IMG/VR virus record: IMGVR_UViG_3300013426_000023
Location: 42,064-106,063 of that record
DNA from: a virus
Taxonomy: Duplodnaviria > Caudoviricetes
Strand: one strand, 5' to 3'
DNA length: 64,000 bases
Below are positions 46,801-57,077 of the stretch, piece after piece. Under the pieces are notes generated by a model. It was not told where the DNA came from and searched no databases. It saw only the letters and a list, made by a program, of their open reading frames with translations. The translations under genes and the position numbers were made by a program. Within the stretch, counting starts at the first letter, position 1; every line of letters starts with the position of its first letter.

Positions 46801-49800
46801 AATGTTCTTCCTGATAATTTAGATTCTTCAAGAGGTGATTTATGGCAATCTGATGATACTGTACTTGATGCAAGATTTGAGGTAAGGTATCCATCAAATA
46901 AAAATGCACATGATTATCAAAACTTCAAGGACTTGACTAATATTATATCACAGATGCCTATAGAGCCTAATCTATACACAACAGAAAAGGGTAATATTAC
47001 TTCTGTTGATATGAGTAGTGGTAAGGGTGTTATGGAATATAAATATGATTCTACTTCTGAAGCATTTGTTGAGAAAGGTAGTAGATATAATTTCTATACT
47101 GACCCTAATGCAATGCCTCCTATAGAGGATATACCACTTAGCTTTCCAAGTGCATTCTCATATTTTGTTGTTGCAATGTTATTTGGATTAGTTGATAATT
47201 TTGGTAAGAATCAGACATATAGAAGTTGGAATGGAGGTAAATATTATATAGATTTCTATGACCTTGACACTGCATTAGGTGGTAGTAATCAAGGTGCATT
47301 GGATATTGGTGCAGATACTTGGACAAAATATTTATATAATAATATAATAAAAGGAAAGACATATGGTTATCTTGCAGAATCATTCAAACAACCTGCTACA
47401 TTGACAGAGGATAATCAACCTACAGGTATATATTCATCAAGTAATGTAATATCTGTAAACAGTAATAAATTATGGTTATCAATAGATAGTTATTATGTAA
47501 GAAGAGCATATGGTAGTGATTCTACAAGTAATTATTCACAATATTGGAGTAATTTAAGAGAATTTCTTTATAATAAAGCTAAAAGTAAAGGCTATTCTAC
47601 TTTCTCAGATTATTTTATTGAAGAATATTATAAAAAACAAACAAAACAATGTGGCTGTTTGTTATTTAATTATGATTATAGGTTAAAATACTTAATGCAA
47701 TTTGATAACAAAGAAGATTATTCAAAAACTTCATTCTTAAGTAAATTACATGGTAGAAAAATAGAATATTGTAGAGATTGGTTGAAAAAACATATAATGT
47801 TTCTTGATACTGTATTTCATTGGAGAAGTTCAGTCATATATAATTTCCCTAATGATGTTTCATCAGTATTAAATAATAATACTTATTCTGTTACAGAATA
47901 TTTTCCTATGAAAGTAAATAAACCACTTGTTGTATATAGTGGTCTTGGTGATGAAGTTAAATCGTTTTATTTCATGCCTAGAAATACTGCAATAAATATT
48001 AACTTAGGTAATATAAAATCACAATCAGATTTGACATGGAATTTTGATAATTCTTCTTCTATAATAGAACTTGGAAATACAGTAACAAAATTGTCAGATA
48101 TAAACATAAGAAAATTTGATAGTGCTTCAAATGCAAATCCTATAACATATAGTGGACTTCCTTCATTGACAACACTTGATATGTCAAATGCAAGTGTAAT
48201 AAATAAAGATTTCAAATTAAGCAATGTGTTTGATACAGCTCCTGTGTCTGAGTTAAGAGAAATTGATTTTAGTAATACAAAATGTACTAATAACGGTACT
48301 TTCTCATTAGATTTAGTTCTTAGTAATGGTGACACTAAATATAGAAAACTTACTAAAATAAACATAAATAATTCACAAGCTATAAGTAATCTTAGTATAC
48401 CTAAGATACCACTACAGGAACTCATAGTACAAAACTCAGCAATAACTAACTTTGAACTTGTAAATCAAAAATATCTTAATGAGGTATCTCTTGATGGTTG
48501 TAATAATTTGACTACAATAGTTATAAGTGGTTGTGATAAATATGAGAATATCAATCTTAGTAATCTTGTAAATGTAAGAAATGTTACAATAACAAGTAAT
48601 ATAAATTTAAAGACTGTTACAATTGATAATTTACAATCATTACAAAGTATACAGATTGAGAATTGCAAGAACTTAGAAACAATAAAAATAAATAATTGTG
48701 ATAAGTTAGTAAGTTCAGGTAGTAATAAACTTAGAATAACTGAATGTAGCAATTTAAAAACTTTAGATGTTTCTTACTGTAGTTTATTACAATATATAGA
48801 TATAAGTTCTGAATCATATAAGAATATAACAACTTTTGATGCATCATATACATCACTTACAAAATTAAAAAATGTAGATGGTGAACCTCTGAACTTATAT
48901 GATTGGAATGCACTCAATGATGTTAATTTAGGTTATAATACATCCTTGAAATCAGTACAATTTAGAAATGATAAATCAAATCCTGTTCCTTTTAAACATT
49001 CATTTTATGGATGTAATAATCTTGAAAGAGTTTATGGTTGTTGTATGTTATATGTAACTTCTCCTAATGCATTATTTCAAGATTGTAAAAAATTTAGTAT
49101 ACAAGGTATTAGAAGTAGTGAAGATGATATATTGACTTGGAATGGATTTAATGTATTAGCTACAAATTATGTTAAAACTGTATGGGATGTAAAACCAAAT
49201 GCTACGTTTGATAACACTTTCCAAGAAGGTAAGAAAGTAACTAATTTTAAATTACAAAATACTTCAAATGTGTTAAATAATTTATTCTATAATACTAATG
49301 TTACAGCATTTGATGTATATTATATGTTGTTCATATTATCACAAAGTCCAAACCAAAACTGTTCTATATTTTATACATTTGTATCATCAAATACAATAGA
49401 TGCTTTTGATTGGGCAAAAGGTAGAGTATTTAGTGTAAATATGTTTAAAGGTTGTAAAAATTTAACATCATTTGGAGACCAATCAATAAGAGTGATAAAT
49501 AATAATATCATGTTTTTACCTACAGGTATATTTGAACCTCTTGAAAATTTAAATTCAATTATACAAAATGGTATAAATTATGTATGCTATAATGATATAT
49601 TTAAAAGAACTGATAATAAAACATATCCTATAATAAAATTTACATATTTTTATATACAAAATATTATACAAGCTGATGATAAATCAATAAATGCAGAATT
49701 ATATGAAAATTATTCAAATTCAGATTGGATTAAGACAAACAAATTAAAATTTGGTGACTTTACAGGTGTATTTGAAAGTTTACCTAATTTACAAACAATA

Positions 49801-51570
49801 GACGCTTCCTTTAGTTGTCAATTTATTGATTATTCAACTATAAAGTTTGGTAATAATAAGAATTTAAGTTCAATAAATAATGTATTTAAATGTAGTTATG
49901 GTAAAGGAAATATTGACTTACATACAATGTTTCCTCTTACAAATTACTCTAATTTTAGGTATTTAATTATGTCTTTTAGATGTAATGGTGTTGATACTGA
50001 TTATGGTGATAAACCTACTATTTCATTTGATAATTCTTCATTTAATATGATGCCTAATGTATATAAATTAGGAGGTTCAATTAATAATGATTATGGACAA
50101 AGTAAATTGACTTATTCATTTGAAGGATTTGATAAATCAATTAATGGAAATTTTCCAGTTGAAATCTTCAGTAATCTTCATAAACTTGAACAGTGTATTG
50201 GTATTTTTTCAAATATTGATTATACTGGAAATTCATTTGATTTCCCTGGAAATATGTTTATTAATTGTCCAAATTTAACAGCTATTACAGGATTGTTTGA
50301 TAAAGCTAATTTTCCTATTAAACTTACATCTGATGGATTTAAGAATTGTACTAAATTAAAAGATGTATCTTTTTTATTTAGGACAAATCTTTCTGTTACA
50401 AAAAGAAGTAAGATGATAACAAGTATACCTTATCATTTTTTCTATCATGGTAGTAAGAAAGTTACAAATGAAACAATTTATGGTACAAACCAAACAGAAA
50501 AACCAGATGAAAACTACAATTTAGATGAGTTATTGACTGCAAAGAAATCATATGAAATTGTGAATAACAACATAACTAATATGGAGTATTGTTTTAGTGG
50601 TTGCATAAACTTACAAGAATATGTCAGAGAATCTACTACATTACCAATATTAAATCCAGATTATTGTCCATTTAAATGGGAATATAAAAATAATTCTTGG
50701 ATAGAGACTTCTGATGAAAATAAAAAACCATATATAGGATATTGGGGATTTGATGGAAATAATATTTATACTGATGGTACTACTTATACAGAAGAAAATA
50801 CCGTTTATTATGACAATGATGTAGAATTAGCACAATCAAGTACAAATAATTTTGTTCCTACATTAAATTATATTTGTGCTCCAGACTTATTCAGATATTG
50901 TCAATCCAATGCAATAATAACTTACATATTTAGTTCAAATGGTCTTTCTTATGCAGGTAATGCATCAGGTGCAAATGCAACATCAGAAAGTGAACTTTAT
51001 ACTATAGGTATGAAAGGTAGAATACCAGAATATTTATTATTACCTATATCAAATATCTATAACCTATCTTATATGTTCTATAATTGTAAGACAATTAGTC
51101 CTGTAATAAAGAATGGTGTTACATATCTTATACCTAAGAATTTCTTTAGTTATGCTCCTAATATAACTAATTTAAGCAAGACTTTTTCTGGTATGATGAT
51201 AGATTATAATGTAAATCTTAATATATTTAGTACATTACTTAAGTCTATAGATGTTAGAGGTATATTCTCAAGTTGCAAATATTTGAAAAAAGATACTTCA
51301 AAAAATACAATAAGAGGTATATTCAATACTAATAAGATAAGTGCTTGTTCTGGTGCTTTTACTCCTTTTGATATAACTTTGAATAGTAGTATTTATGGTA
51401 TAGATTTTAATAGTAGGATTTATTATATATCTAATTCAACAAGTAATGTTATATTTAGAGATAACTTTAATAAAGGTTTATTACAAACAAATAAATATGA
51501 TAGAGTTTATTATGGTTGTAGTGATGCACAAGATTCAGCAATAAATTCATCACCAAACAATTATAAGTAA
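43855..51570 (+). CDS. 2571-aa protein: Ig-like/LamG + CotH-like atypical kinase + leucine-rich repeats
   Basis: LQGTSTLKDAVKN, YTLKADVVDSSHSNN, EGFP, LGIYSFNLG, GLVDNFGKN, FYDLDTALG; LxxLxIxxCxxL repeats and BspA-like FxxCxxL repeats. Confidence 0.7.
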   Translation: MGSLKIKNNNGEDWKVLSSNNSKGISVTNQNLLEEGINYTSVDDVLERHEEDIDKLKRNVSWLAKHGGGGSGGSGGSTVTEATCKITVNEKENGSQIILTNSGLSIKLNDIDVKITGNWKVSISIGSTQIYTGSASFVNPTILLSANKIYDNLTNHTGLLHVTATYEDENKGIYGSASWDGTVVESNVEISVDNQDYTYEDLVGKELSIRYSSGVIGSYTLTIEAYKDNNKINSITEKINITTSSSSTINKIVTDLIKSSDATSTVGVYTLKFYLTNDNNTEVSGETSCNITIVSDEILIATTYMSEDILNPTEVSLDSTINTRFTAYLSGASFYSYTYSIDDINLLTSTGTFGEENIDFLSIKSLDLNVDDIKALKLSIKSGDNTATKTWYIKFVQAKNTLLTLDNSINAENIFHFDNTQYSEGVQDIENILSTGLVKTNLNLHYSNSLCGMRTNQTTRLPYYRISNGCYGTLGPWILNDVEYNTFNLFNRKREFTISICFKADYHPDDNRTIFFMGSTSSSSGEEGNIIKGISIDVHDIYINNESVAKLTDDTVNIVDIVCRQTEYKTMVGDELQTINGYIIKVYIDGVMTSVKEYSTYIFDNTIFNNIYLGGRPYSGKDKDEIAYLCDCSIYSLDIYTTVLDEYDIMIKYINNQVISKYVDGAPNYDIIGEQLRYNFCSRNSDGTVNSLLYNKAIGSYDISFLLSGNNLDINKLNTNAKEIGLPIMLIDVSNIPDWTFNNFVQLQSDDSRKLADADNVPIQYYDPNGSNSSVVKISGCTIALQGTSTLKDAVKNINITVPNDSVFIPKDTWFPEQTYTLKADVVDSSHSNNAAIGNFINTEFGTDVLDKNNLMPFDNTAISNVNESNYKKTQQPKVTLKHTVEGFPILLIMCFNTTDIGQISVTPLGIYSFNLGRNAYRNLGFKKLDSITVKDSTEKIEIGTYPFSMNNVQYNETDSDANWLEVGATASVPQLLNITENNVLPDNLDSSRGDLWQSDDTVLDARFEVRYPSNKNAHDYQNFKDLTNIISQMPIEPNLYTTEKGNITSVDMSSGKGVMEYKYDSTSEAFVEKGSRYNFYTDPNAMPPIEDIPLSFPSAFSYFVVAMLFGLVDNFGKNQTYRSWNGGKYYIDFYDLDTALGGSNQGALDIGADTWTKYLYNNIIKGKTYGYLAESFKQPATLTEDNQPTGIYSSSNVISVNSNKLWLSIDSYYVRRAYGSDSTSNYSQYWSNLREFLYNKAKSKGYSTFSDYFIEEYYKKQTKQCGCLLFNYDYRLKYLMQFDNKEDYSKTSFLSKLHGRKIEYCRDWLKKHIMFLDTVFHWRSSVIYNFPNDVSSVLNNNTYSVTEYFPMKVNKPLVVYSGLGDEVKSFYFMPRNTAININLGNIKSQSDLTWNFDNSSSIIELGNTVTKLSDINIRKFDSASNANPITYSGLPSLTTLDMSNASVINKDFKLSNVFDTAPVSELREIDFSNTKCTNNGTFSLDLVLSNGDTKYRKLTKININNSQAISNLSIPKIPLQELIVQNSAITNFELVNQKYLNEVSLDGCNNLTTIVISGCDKYENINLSNLVNVRNVTITSNINLKTVTIDNLQSLQSIQIENCKNLETIKINNCDKLVSSGSNKLRITECSNLKTLDVSYCSLLQYIDISSESYKNITTFDASYTSLTKLKNVDGEPLNLYDWNALNDVNLGYNTSLKSVQFRNDKSNPVPFKHSFYGCNNLERVYGCCMLYVTSPNALFQDCKKFSIQGIRSSEDDILTWNGFNVLATNYVKTVWDVKPNATFDNTFQEGKKVTNFKLQNTSNVLNNLFYNTNVTAFDVYYMLFILSQSPNQNCSIFYTFVSSNTIDAFDWAKGRVFSVNMFKGCKNLTSFGDQSIRVINNNIMFLPTGIFEPLENLNSIIQNGINYVCYNDIFKRTDNKTYPIIKFTYFYIQNIIQADDKSINAELYENYSNSDWIKTNKLKFGDFTGVFESLPNLQTIDASFSCQFIDYSTIKFGNNKNLSSINNVFKCSYGKGNIDLHTMFPLTNYSNFRYLIMSFRCNGVDTDYGDKPTISFDNSSFNMMPNVYKLGGSINNDYGQSKLTYSFEGFDKSINGNFPVEIFSNLHKLEQCIGIFSNIDYTGNSFDFPGNMFINCPNLTAITGLFDKANFPIKLTSDGFKNCTKLKDVSFLFRTNLSVTKRSKMITSIPYHFFYHGSKKVTNETIYGTNQTEKPDENYNLDELLTAKKSYEIVNNNITNMEYCFSGCINLQEYVRESTTLPILNPDYCPFKWEYKNNSWIETSDENKKPYIGYWGFDGNNIYTDGTTYTEENTVYYDNDVELAQSSTNNFVPTLNYICAPDLFRYCQSNAIITYIFSSNGLSYAGNASGANATSESELYTIGMKGRIPEYLLLPISNIYNLSYMFYNCKTISPVIKNGVTYLIPKNFFSYAPNITNLSKTFSGMMIDYNVNLNIFSTLLKSIDVRGIFSSCKYLKKDTSKNTIRGIFNTNKISACSGAFTPFDITLNSSIYGIDFNSRIYYISNSTSNVIFRDNFNKGLLQTNKYDRVYYGCSDAQDSAINSSPNNYK

Positions 51571-51584
51571 TATGATATTATAAG

Positions 51585-51631
51585 AGAACTACTTAGACTA
51601 TTGTTTAAGTAGTTCTTTTTTTATATTTTTG
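51585..51631 (+). terminator. Terminator overlapping a sigma promoter
   Basis: AGAACTACTTAGA/TTTAAGTAGTTCT-T tract; TTG in loop, 20-nt spacer, TATTTTTG 51624-31. Confidence 0.75.
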
Positions 51632-51655
51632 CACAAATTAATAAATAATATAAAT

Positions 51656-53551
51656 ATGAAAATAATAGATAATATACAAAAAAATGTTCTTCCTCCTATT
51701 AACACAAGAGCATTATGGATAGATGAAGATAATTTACTTAAGATATTTAATAATGGTCATTGGCAAGGTGTTGGTTTCACCAAGGAAGATGAGACTTTAC
51801 TTGACAAAATTGATAAAGAAATAGGTACTATCAATAATGATATTGATATTATTAAATCTGAAATAGATATTGCTGGTTCTCCATCAAAACATATTATTCC
51901 TCTTTTGATTGGTAATGATGATGAAACTAAAGCTTCTAATTTGAAGAAACTTCAAACTCTTACTGATGCAGCAGACCAAACATTCTTTGCTGATATTAAT
52001 TATGGTTATGGTACTGCTTCTTGGTTGCCTACTAAAGGTGGTACTGCATTTATTATAAATGATGATGGTAACGCTTTAAGTTATACTATTGGTGCTGATG
52101 GTAGTTGTATTAAAAATACTGATAGTGATGTTGATTTGAAGAAGAGTATTGATGATAGTAAGTTTGTTAATAAAATAACAAAATTAAGTGAAAATGCTAT
52201 TACTGAATACTTTGTTAAAAGTATATATGATAATAAAATCTATTCTATTAGTCAAAGTTTAAAAAAAGGTACTGGACAAAATACAGGACATGTTTTTTTA
52301 GATTTTACCTTTCAATATGGAGATTATTTTAATACTATAGATAAGTACGGCATTCATGGAAATACTGTTAGTCAGTATAATAATACTGATGACAAAATAT
52401 ATAATTACAGTTTATCTTGTGATGGTTTACAGTTTGATATTAATGGAAACAATATAAGTTATCAGATTGTAAGACTTGGTAAAGAAGGATTAGTGTTTAG
52501 AGATAAAACTGTAAAGGATATTCCATCATGCAAAAATTCTTTCATCCATATAGGAGATACAGATGATGCTACATTATATACTCAAGTAGCACCTATAACT
52601 AATGGTAAGATACCAAGTAGATATATTCCTGATATAAGTATTGATAAAAAATATTTATATACTGATAATACTAATTTGGTATTAGGTGGAAAAAATAACG
52701 CATCTTCTGTTCAATTGTTATTTAAAGGAGGAATTAAAATTGGAAATACTAATAGTTCTGGAAAATATATTACTACAGAATATAGCAATAATCAAGCAAG
52801 TAATAACTACTTCGCTACTGATGGTTCTATTCAATCTATAACAGACAAAATAGATGAAGCAATAGAGAATAAAGTAGATGCTATTGATGGTGTAGCAGAT
52901 TACCTTACTGTTACATCTCAACTTGTAGTTACGAGTTCTACTGCAACACAAGGTGGAGAATCTGGTGGTACTCCTGACGAAGGAATTACAATAACTCCAA
53001 CTGGAATTATAATTGATACTGATTATGATAATGATGATGGAATATTTTTAACAAATGGTACTGTAGCGTCTTTAACAGATAAGATTTCAGCTTATATGAC
53101 GGCTCATCCATCATCTAGTTCTTCAGATGTAGGTTTAAGTTATAACAATACTTTTACTGGAGAGATTAATACATTCAAAGGAAGAGTTGCACTTGGAAGT
53201 GATAGTAGTGTTGTAAATCTGAAAGGAATAAATAGTAATGATTTCAAAGGTCTTGAACTTGGTATTTATGATAATGCTAAATGTGGTATAAAGACTCATA
53301 GTGGAGAATCTAATGAATATTATGCTACTGATGGAAGTTTGCAAAATATTACTACTAAGATTGCTGAATACATTAAAGCTAATCCTGTAAATGCAAGTAT
53401 AACAGCAGCTACTCCTACAGCAATAGGTGGAGTTAAACAAATAGCTGCTCCTGCTGCATTAAGTGCAAGTGCATCAAATGCTGAGATAATAGCAAGAGTA
53501 AATAGTATAATAACAGCCCTTACTTCATGTGGAGTATTTAAGGGTGCTTAA
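51656..53551 (+). CDS. Fibre protein with C-terminal head-fibre-like domain
   Basis: Start MKIIDN; ATDGS repeats; C-terminal AATPTAIGGVKQ...VNSIITALTSCG. Confidence 0.65.
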   Translation: MKIIDNIQKNVLPPINTRALWIDEDNLLKIFNNGHWQGVGFTKEDETLLDKIDKEIGTINNDIDIIKSEIDIAGSPSKHIIPLLIGNDDETKASNLKKLQTLTDAADQTFFADINYGYGTASWLPTKGGTAFIINDDGNALSYTIGADGSCIKNTDSDVDLKKSIDDSKFVNKITKLSENAITEYFVKSIYDNKIYSISQSLKKGTGQNTGHVFLDFTFQYGDYFNTIDKYGIHGNTVSQYNNTDDKIYNYSLSCDGLQFDINGNNISYQIVRLGKEGLVFRDKTVKDIPSCKNSFIHIGDTDDATLYTQVAPITNGKIPSRYIPDISIDKKYLYTDNTNLVLGGKNNASSVQLLFKGGIKIGNTNSSGKYITTEYSNNQASNNYFATDGSIQSITDKIDEAIENKVDAIDGVADYLTVTSQLVVTSSTATQGGESGGTPDEGITITPTGIIIDTDYDNDDGIFLTNGTVASLTDKISAYMTAHPSSSSSDVGLSYNNTFTGEINTFKGRVALGSDSSVVNLKGINSNDFKGLELGIYDNAKCGIKTHSGESNEYYATDGSLQNITTKIAEYIKANPVNASITAATPTAIGGVKQIAAPAALSASASNAEIIARVNSIITALTSCGVFKGA

Positions 53552-53561
53552 AAATTAGCTT

Positions 53562-54734
53562 ATGTTTTTTACAAAAGAAGATTTTCAAAGGATTGAAAAT
53601 TACTTAAAAAATAAATCTATAAGAGATACAGAGTTTCCTACTACATATCATGTTAATGATATTGATACAATAGTAATAACACAAGATAATTATAATAAAA
53701 AATTATCAATAGGAAACTTTGTAAACTCTTTAGGCTTATTTGATAAGTATAATTATTTTATTAATGTAACTGAAAAGTATAATGCTGAAAGTATTACTTT
53801 AAATGAAGCAATATCACTAATTCCATCAAAAGATAGAAGAAAAGGTGCTGTGATAACATTTCTCAATACAAAAGATACATGGGAAACTTATCAATTTATA
53901 GGGTCTTTAGTACAATGGAATATGCCAGAAATGTGGCTATTACTTACTACTGATATAAATAATTTAATTAATAAACTAAATAATTTATCTGATAGTATAA
54001 ATAATTGTGCCAAATTAAAAGGTGATTACAATTTATTCTATAATTCAAACACTTTTATAAATTCAACATCTTTTAATGAAATTAGAGCAAAAACAATAAC
54101 CCCTAATGGAAGTTTAATATTAAAAGGTGTTAATCAGATTATAGCAGGTGCTCCATATAATGAAAAACCAAATCAAGTATTTGCAACAGATGGTAGTATA
54201 TATGATATGAATATTATTAGTACTACTAGAATAAACAATAATAGTGGCGATAATATTCAGATAAACAAGCCATTTGTATTTACTACTGATGATGGTTATT
54301 TTAGTACCACTATTAATACTAATGGTAGTATTTATATTTATAATAAAAATAATAAAAAAAATGTCGTTTCTCTAAATACTAGTTATGGAGTATCTTTGTA
54401 TTTATCTTCGTGTAGTCTTAGTGGAATTAATTATCTAACAAATGCGGAAAGAAAGGAAATATATAATGGTGGCAATTATGATATATTTACTGCTTCTCAT
54501 TTTAAACTTAGAGATGGTACAGAATCTCAGCTATTAGCAGGTAATGGTAGTACATATGATGCTAATAAAATTGTAACAATAGATGATTCACAAACTATTA
54601 ATGGTAATAAGACTTTTAATGGGTCTATTATAGTTAAAGATGATACTTTACATATAACTTATAAGAATAATTCATATACATTTAATATGGATAAAGCAAT
54701 TGAATTAGGAATATTACAACAAGAATTTGATTAG
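53562..54734 (+). CDS. Tail fibre-like protein
   Basis: MFFTKEDF start, IPSKDRRKGAVITF..WETYQF anchor motif, FATDGS, QTINGNKTF. Confidence 0.7.
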   Translation: MFFTKEDFQRIENYLKNKSIRDTEFPTTYHVNDIDTIVITQDNYNKKLSIGNFVNSLGLFDKYNYFINVTEKYNAESITLNEAISLIPSKDRRKGAVITFLNTKDTWETYQFIGSLVQWNMPEMWLLLTTDINNLINKLNNLSDSINNCAKLKGDYNLFYNSNTFINSTSFNEIRAKTITPNGSLILKGVNQIIAGAPYNEKPNQVFATDGSIYDMNIISTTRINNNSGDNIQINKPFVFTTDDGYFSTTINTNGSIYIYNKNNKKNVVSLNTSYGVSLYLSSCSLSGINYLTNAERKEIYNGGNYDIFTASHFKLRDGTESQLLAGNGSTYDANKIVTIDDSQTINGNKTFNGSIIVKDDTLHITYKNNSYTFNMDKAIELGILQQEFD

Positions 54735-54736
54735 TT

Positions 54737-55150
54737 ATGAAGAATAAAGAAGTTAAATTAAACCATATTTTAGGTAGATATTGCATGTTATCATTCAAGT
54801 ATCTTCCTTATATATCAGCATTCCTCATAATGCTTCATGTAATATTAGGTTTAATGGGATTTTGTGTATGTGTATCTGAGTTATTGATAATAACAATAGC
54901 TACAATAGTCATATTATTATGGGCACAATTCCTAAAATTTTGCTTCTTACATAAGTTATTCATAATATATAGTTTATCTGCAATATGGATAATATATTTT
55001 CATAGATTCTTAGGTTTAGGTAATATGCTTGAATTTATTAGAATAGGTTATCTATATTTTGGTACATTATTATTCACTACATTAATAATTAAGTTTAAAG
55101 TTGATTATGGTAAAGAAATTACTGATTCAATTACTAAGAAAAATAGCTGA
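54737..55150 (+). CDS. Multi-pass membrane protein
   Basis: About four hydrophobic helices. Confidence 0.7.
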   Translation: MKNKEVKLNHILGRYCMLSFKYLPYISAFLIMLHVILGLMGFCVCVSELLIITIATIVILLWAQFLKFCFLHKLFIIYSLSAIWIIYFHRFLGLGNMLEFIRIGYLYFGTLLFTTLIIKFKVDYGKEITDSITKKNS

Positions 55151-55406
55151 TGACTTAGATACAGGAAATTCAAATCTTACAGATGATGATGCTAATACTG
55201 CATTAAATTATATAAATAATATGATGCATAAGAATGAAAGATTATATACTAGATTAGAAGCTATAAGATATTTAAGAATATCTGAGACTAAGTTTAATTA
55301 TATAAGAAATAAAGGTCTCATTAGTAATGGTAATAAAAAAGCAGGAGATGTAAGAAAATGGACTAAAGATGAATTAGATAGATATATTGAGAAAAATAAG
55401 TCATAA
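55107..55406 (+). CDS. Excisionase/MerR-type HTH protein
   Basis: YTRLEAIRYLRISETKFNYIRNKGLI...WTKDELD. Confidence 0.7.
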   Translation: MVKKLLIQLLRKIADDLDTGNSNLTDDDANTALNYINNMMHKNERLYTRLEAIRYLRISETKFNYIRNKGLISNGNKKAGDVRKWTKDELDRYIEKNKS

Positions 55407-55408
55407 TT

Positions 55409-55467
55409 AAAAGGAAGTTGACAAATCTGAAAAGATTTTGTTGGCTTCCTTTTTCTTTTTATCTTTG
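55409..55467 (+). terminator. Terminator overlapping a sigma promoter
   Basis: AAGGAAGTTGACAAATCT-GAAA-AGATTTTGTTGGCTTCC-T tract; TTTG 55437-40 and TATCTTTG 55460-67. Confidence 0.75.
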
Positions 55468-55506
55468 CAGTGTTAATAAATTGTTTAACATTTAAATACT
55501 AATACT

Positions 55507-56244
55507 ATGGAAATACATGATGAGAATAAAAAGGAATATGCTTCTAAGAGTTTAGCTGGTACAGCATTGGGTTTATCTATTGGTGCTCTTGGTGTTGAGT
55601 TTTTAAGAAATAGAGGCTTAGGTTTATTTGGAGGTACTAATATGCCAGAGAATGTAAATATTAATGGTGGTATAAATAGTACAAGTAATGAACCTACAGT
55701 ATATGATGCTATATCAAAGGAATGGCAAGATGATTTAAATCTTACTAATGAAATGTGGGGACTTAAATTAAACACTATGAATGATATGGCTAAAGCAAGA
55801 GAAATTGATGTAGCTGAGAAATTTAGTTCCTATAAGGGACAAATAGATGCTGATTTTAGAATCTACAAAGGTTATAGAGATGCAGATGATAACATAATAA
55901 GTAAGCTTAATGAAGCTGCTTTTGGTTTATATAAATATAGTAGAGATTCAAAAGATGACGTAGAAAAGAGAATATCTAATATAGAAACAAAACTTGCAGT
56001 TAATGCAGAAGCTGATAAATGGAGAGATAAAGTACTTCAAATGCAAATACAAGGAGTAAATGCTAATGCTGAAAGTATGGTTGCACTTGAAAGAGAAAGA
56101 AGACAATGTGCTGATGGTAAAATAGTAAACTATGTGAATAGTACATTCTATCCTGTTTCTATTGCAGATGTAACTACAGGAACTACAACAACAAAAGCTA
56201 ATACATATAATCCTCTTTGTGGTTGTAACACTTGTTTGAGATAA
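55507..56244 (+). CDS. Glycine-zipper / coiled-coil protein with C-terminal Cys cluster
   Basis: ASKSLAGTALGLSIGALG; helical core; NPLCGCNTC. Confidence 0.75.
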   Translation: MEIHDENKKEYASKSLAGTALGLSIGALGVEFLRNRGLGLFGGTNMPENVNINGGINSTSNEPTVYDAISKEWQDDLNLTNEMWGLKLNTMNDMAKAREIDVAEKFSSYKGQIDADFRIYKGYRDADDNIISKLNEAAFGLYKYSRDSKDDVEKRISNIETKLAVNAEADKWRDKVLQMQIQGVNANAESMVALERERRQCADGKIVNYVNSTFYPVSIADVTTGTTTTKANTYNPLCGCNTCLR

Positions 56245-56262
56245 CTTTAAAATAATAATATT

Positions 56263-56709
56263 ATGAATCCAGTAAATCAATTTATTCTAGGTAATAATCC
56301 ATATATGGAAGATTTAGATACACAAATAGCTAAATCAAAGGAATATCAACAAAGATTGATGCAAATAAAATCAATGGAAATTAATGATACTCCTATATGG
56401 GATAAAATAGATAGTGAACTTAATACTCTTACTCCTATACAACAGAAGAAGTTGATGAATAATAATAATTATTCAGAGATAAGTAATAGTATTCAAGCTA
56501 TAGTATGGAAAGAATTAGTCAATATCGTTAAGTCAAAAGTAGAGAAGAATAATAAAGATATATTGAATAAACAACTAGATTTAATACATAAGTTAAAGGC
56601 TAAAATTATTGAGGAAGATACTATGGAACTTAACTTATTTAATGAGTTTAAGGAATATAGCAAGACACATCCTAATGCAACATATAATGAATTTCTAAAA
56701 ACTAAATAA
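56263..56709 (+). CDS. Hypothetical coiled-coil protein
   Basis: 148-aa ORF in operon. Confidence 0.75.
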   Translation: MNPVNQFILGNNPYMEDLDTQIAKSKEYQQRLMQIKSMEINDTPIWDKIDSELNTLTPIQQKKLMNNNNYSEISNSIQAIVWKELVNIVKSKVEKNNKDILNKQLDLIHKLKAKIIEEDTMELNLFNEFKEYSKTHPNATYNEFLKTK

Positions 56710-56711
56710 CT

Positions 56712-57077
56712 ATGAAAACAGATAAAATTATAACTGTAGTAAAGACTTACATAAAACAACAATTAAGTGCTCTTGATTCCCCAATAATTAACTTTATAAA
56801 ACCTGTTATAACAAGAATTGTTGATAATAATATTGACAAAATAAGTAGTTTTCTAGACTTGTTAAAAGATAATAATAATGAGGTGGATATTAAAGGTCTT
56901 CTTACTGATATGACAAAGAGTTTAGTTGATAGCAAATCTTTCAATTATGGTATATTCAATATAGGTGAAGGTAAGATTAGTATGTCCATACTTAATCAAA
57001 AAATAACATTTACTAAGAATGATATTGATTTACTGAAAGTAATGTTTGAGGAGAATAATTATGAGCAAATTAGTTGA
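56712..57077 (+). CDS. Hypothetical protein
   Basis: 121-aa ORF in operon. Confidence 0.75.
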   Translation: MKTDKIITVVKTYIKQQLSALDSPIINFIKPVITRIVDNNIDKISSFLDLLKDNNNEVDIKGLLTDMTKSLVDSKSFNYGIFNIGEGKISMSILNQKITFTKNDIDLLKVMFEENNYEQIS

